Of a stretch of DNA of 64,000 nucleotides, positions 62,771 through 64,000 are shown piece by piece; the stretch's first letter is position 1, and every line of letters starts with the position of its first letter. This DNA is from Squalus acanthias. Taxonomy: Eukaryota. The stretch covers positions 23,932,001-23,996,000 of the forward strand of contig CM059440.1 of NCBI GenBank assembly GCA_030390025.1, read 5' to 3'. The notes beneath the pieces were generated by a model. It was not told the DNA's origin, did no database searches, and saw nothing but the letters and a program-made list of their open reading frames with translations. The position numbers and the translations under genes were made by a program.

Positions 62771-64000
62771 AAAGAAGTTACACCATCCCTGAGCTGAAAG
62801 TGTTTCAAGCAGTGTGAAAACCTGTTCCAATTCCTTGATTCCTTTGAGGATGTTGCAAATAAAAGTAGATTGTGGAACTCCCGAATATAGTTCTAGGCTT
62901 TGGAGTTTCAGAAAGCCTTTGATCAGGTCTCACATGAATGAAGTCTAATAAAACTAAAATCCAATAGAATCGAAGTTAGAACATGGCACTGGATTAGATT
63001 TTTTTTAAATAGGAAAATGAGTGGACCAGTGAGAGGTGTAGTGTCAGATGTTTGTAATCTACCAGTTAATGGAGTGAAATCAAAGTCGGGGAAGTTCAAG
63101 ATCCAGTTGAATGCTCCTCCATGATTCAAAAAGTTCTTAATTATAGAATGATTGAAAATTGCATGGAGTGGGGGACGCTGCTATAAGGAATGATGGGAAG
63201 CATATGATGGTTTGATTTTTATTGCAGCCGATGAGAGATGAAACCACGTCACATGACATTTTGGAGGTATAAAGGTGCCCTCTGCATTCATATTGCAGTG
63301 ATTTAAAACAATTTATTGGACTAAAGGTTGGGCAGGAGGAGATTCAGGGTTTAGTGGACTGTACTGGAGGGGTTTGTCCAGTGAAAATTCTGCTGGATAC
63401 TTGGAGGTTCCACTCTACTGTAGATGGAATGGAGTTAATGCCTTCAGTCTAACTATATAAAAGAACTAGCTGGTACATGTACCCATAGTGTGTTTTTGTT
63501 AAGATTAGAAAAGAATGTTTACAGCTCCTTGGTGTCGTTGAATAGAAATGACAGAGGCTTCCCCTTACGCAGTAGAGCTGTGGGGGACTGCTTTATACTG
63601 AAAGTACTCCCCCACCCCAACCTCATACAATCCTTTAAATTCCAGCATAGCCTTAGCCCTAAGCAGTAGAGCCTAAGTGGTATATCCCTAATCAGTATAA
63701 GTTTGTACCAGTTTTCTTTGTTTTTCTTTTTCAAACAGTGAGCTCTGAAAATTCAAATATGGAGTCAAATCATCTTCAGCTACCTTAGCCACAAGTAACA
63801 AAAATTCCTGATGGTCTTTACTCTCCAATAAAGAGCACAGTACTTGAGGGATTTTCTTATTTATCTCCCTTTATGTATGTATGTCCTTTCTTGAGCGTGC
63901 ACTTCTGCAGCTGAGAGGTTGGGTGACTGGAGGATAATGACAGACATGCAGGCCAGCTGGAGTCTCCTGCTGAATGCCTGTTCAGTGAATATCAGAAGGA

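Noticed and set aside
59818-64000. CAPZB exon 8 (DMENKIRSTLNEIYFGK...)
   Set aside because: Not found by reading the remaining sequence. It presumably lies beyond the window end.

Overview
This is eukaryotic vertebrate genomic DNA, very probably from a shark or ray. The evidence is an HE1-like V-SINE, SacSINE1-like DeuSINEs and HER1/CR1-type LINE tails, all recognised from memory rather than by database search. The whole window lies inside one + strand gene, CAPZB (F-actin capping protein beta). Six coding exons are visible: 7154-7243, 34152-34273, 41222-41335, 48068-48209, 50861-50977 and 59752-59817. Together they give 651 nt (about residues 2-218) with canonical AG/GT sites and consistent phases. 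The ATG exon and the 3' exons lie outside the window. The introns are full of transposon relics: CR1, L2, L1 and Penelope retroelements, SINEs, and hAT, Harbinger-like and pogo-like MITEs. Almost all ORFs in the supplied track are spurious or decayed TE fragments. The most notable structures are: (1) a near-identical ~750-bp inverted pair of hairpin-rich MITEs in intron 2, whose sense copy carries a latent poison exon; (2) Penelope-derived palindromes carrying minimal hammerhead-ribozyme cores; (3) a LINE relic headed by a tRNA-Thr-like SINE module; and (4) an 84-bp near-perfect direct repeat bracketing ~710 bp of unique DNA plus a CR1 tail. I found no convincing new protein-coding system, and the candidates below are hypotheses. 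Boundaries of the older repeats are approximate.
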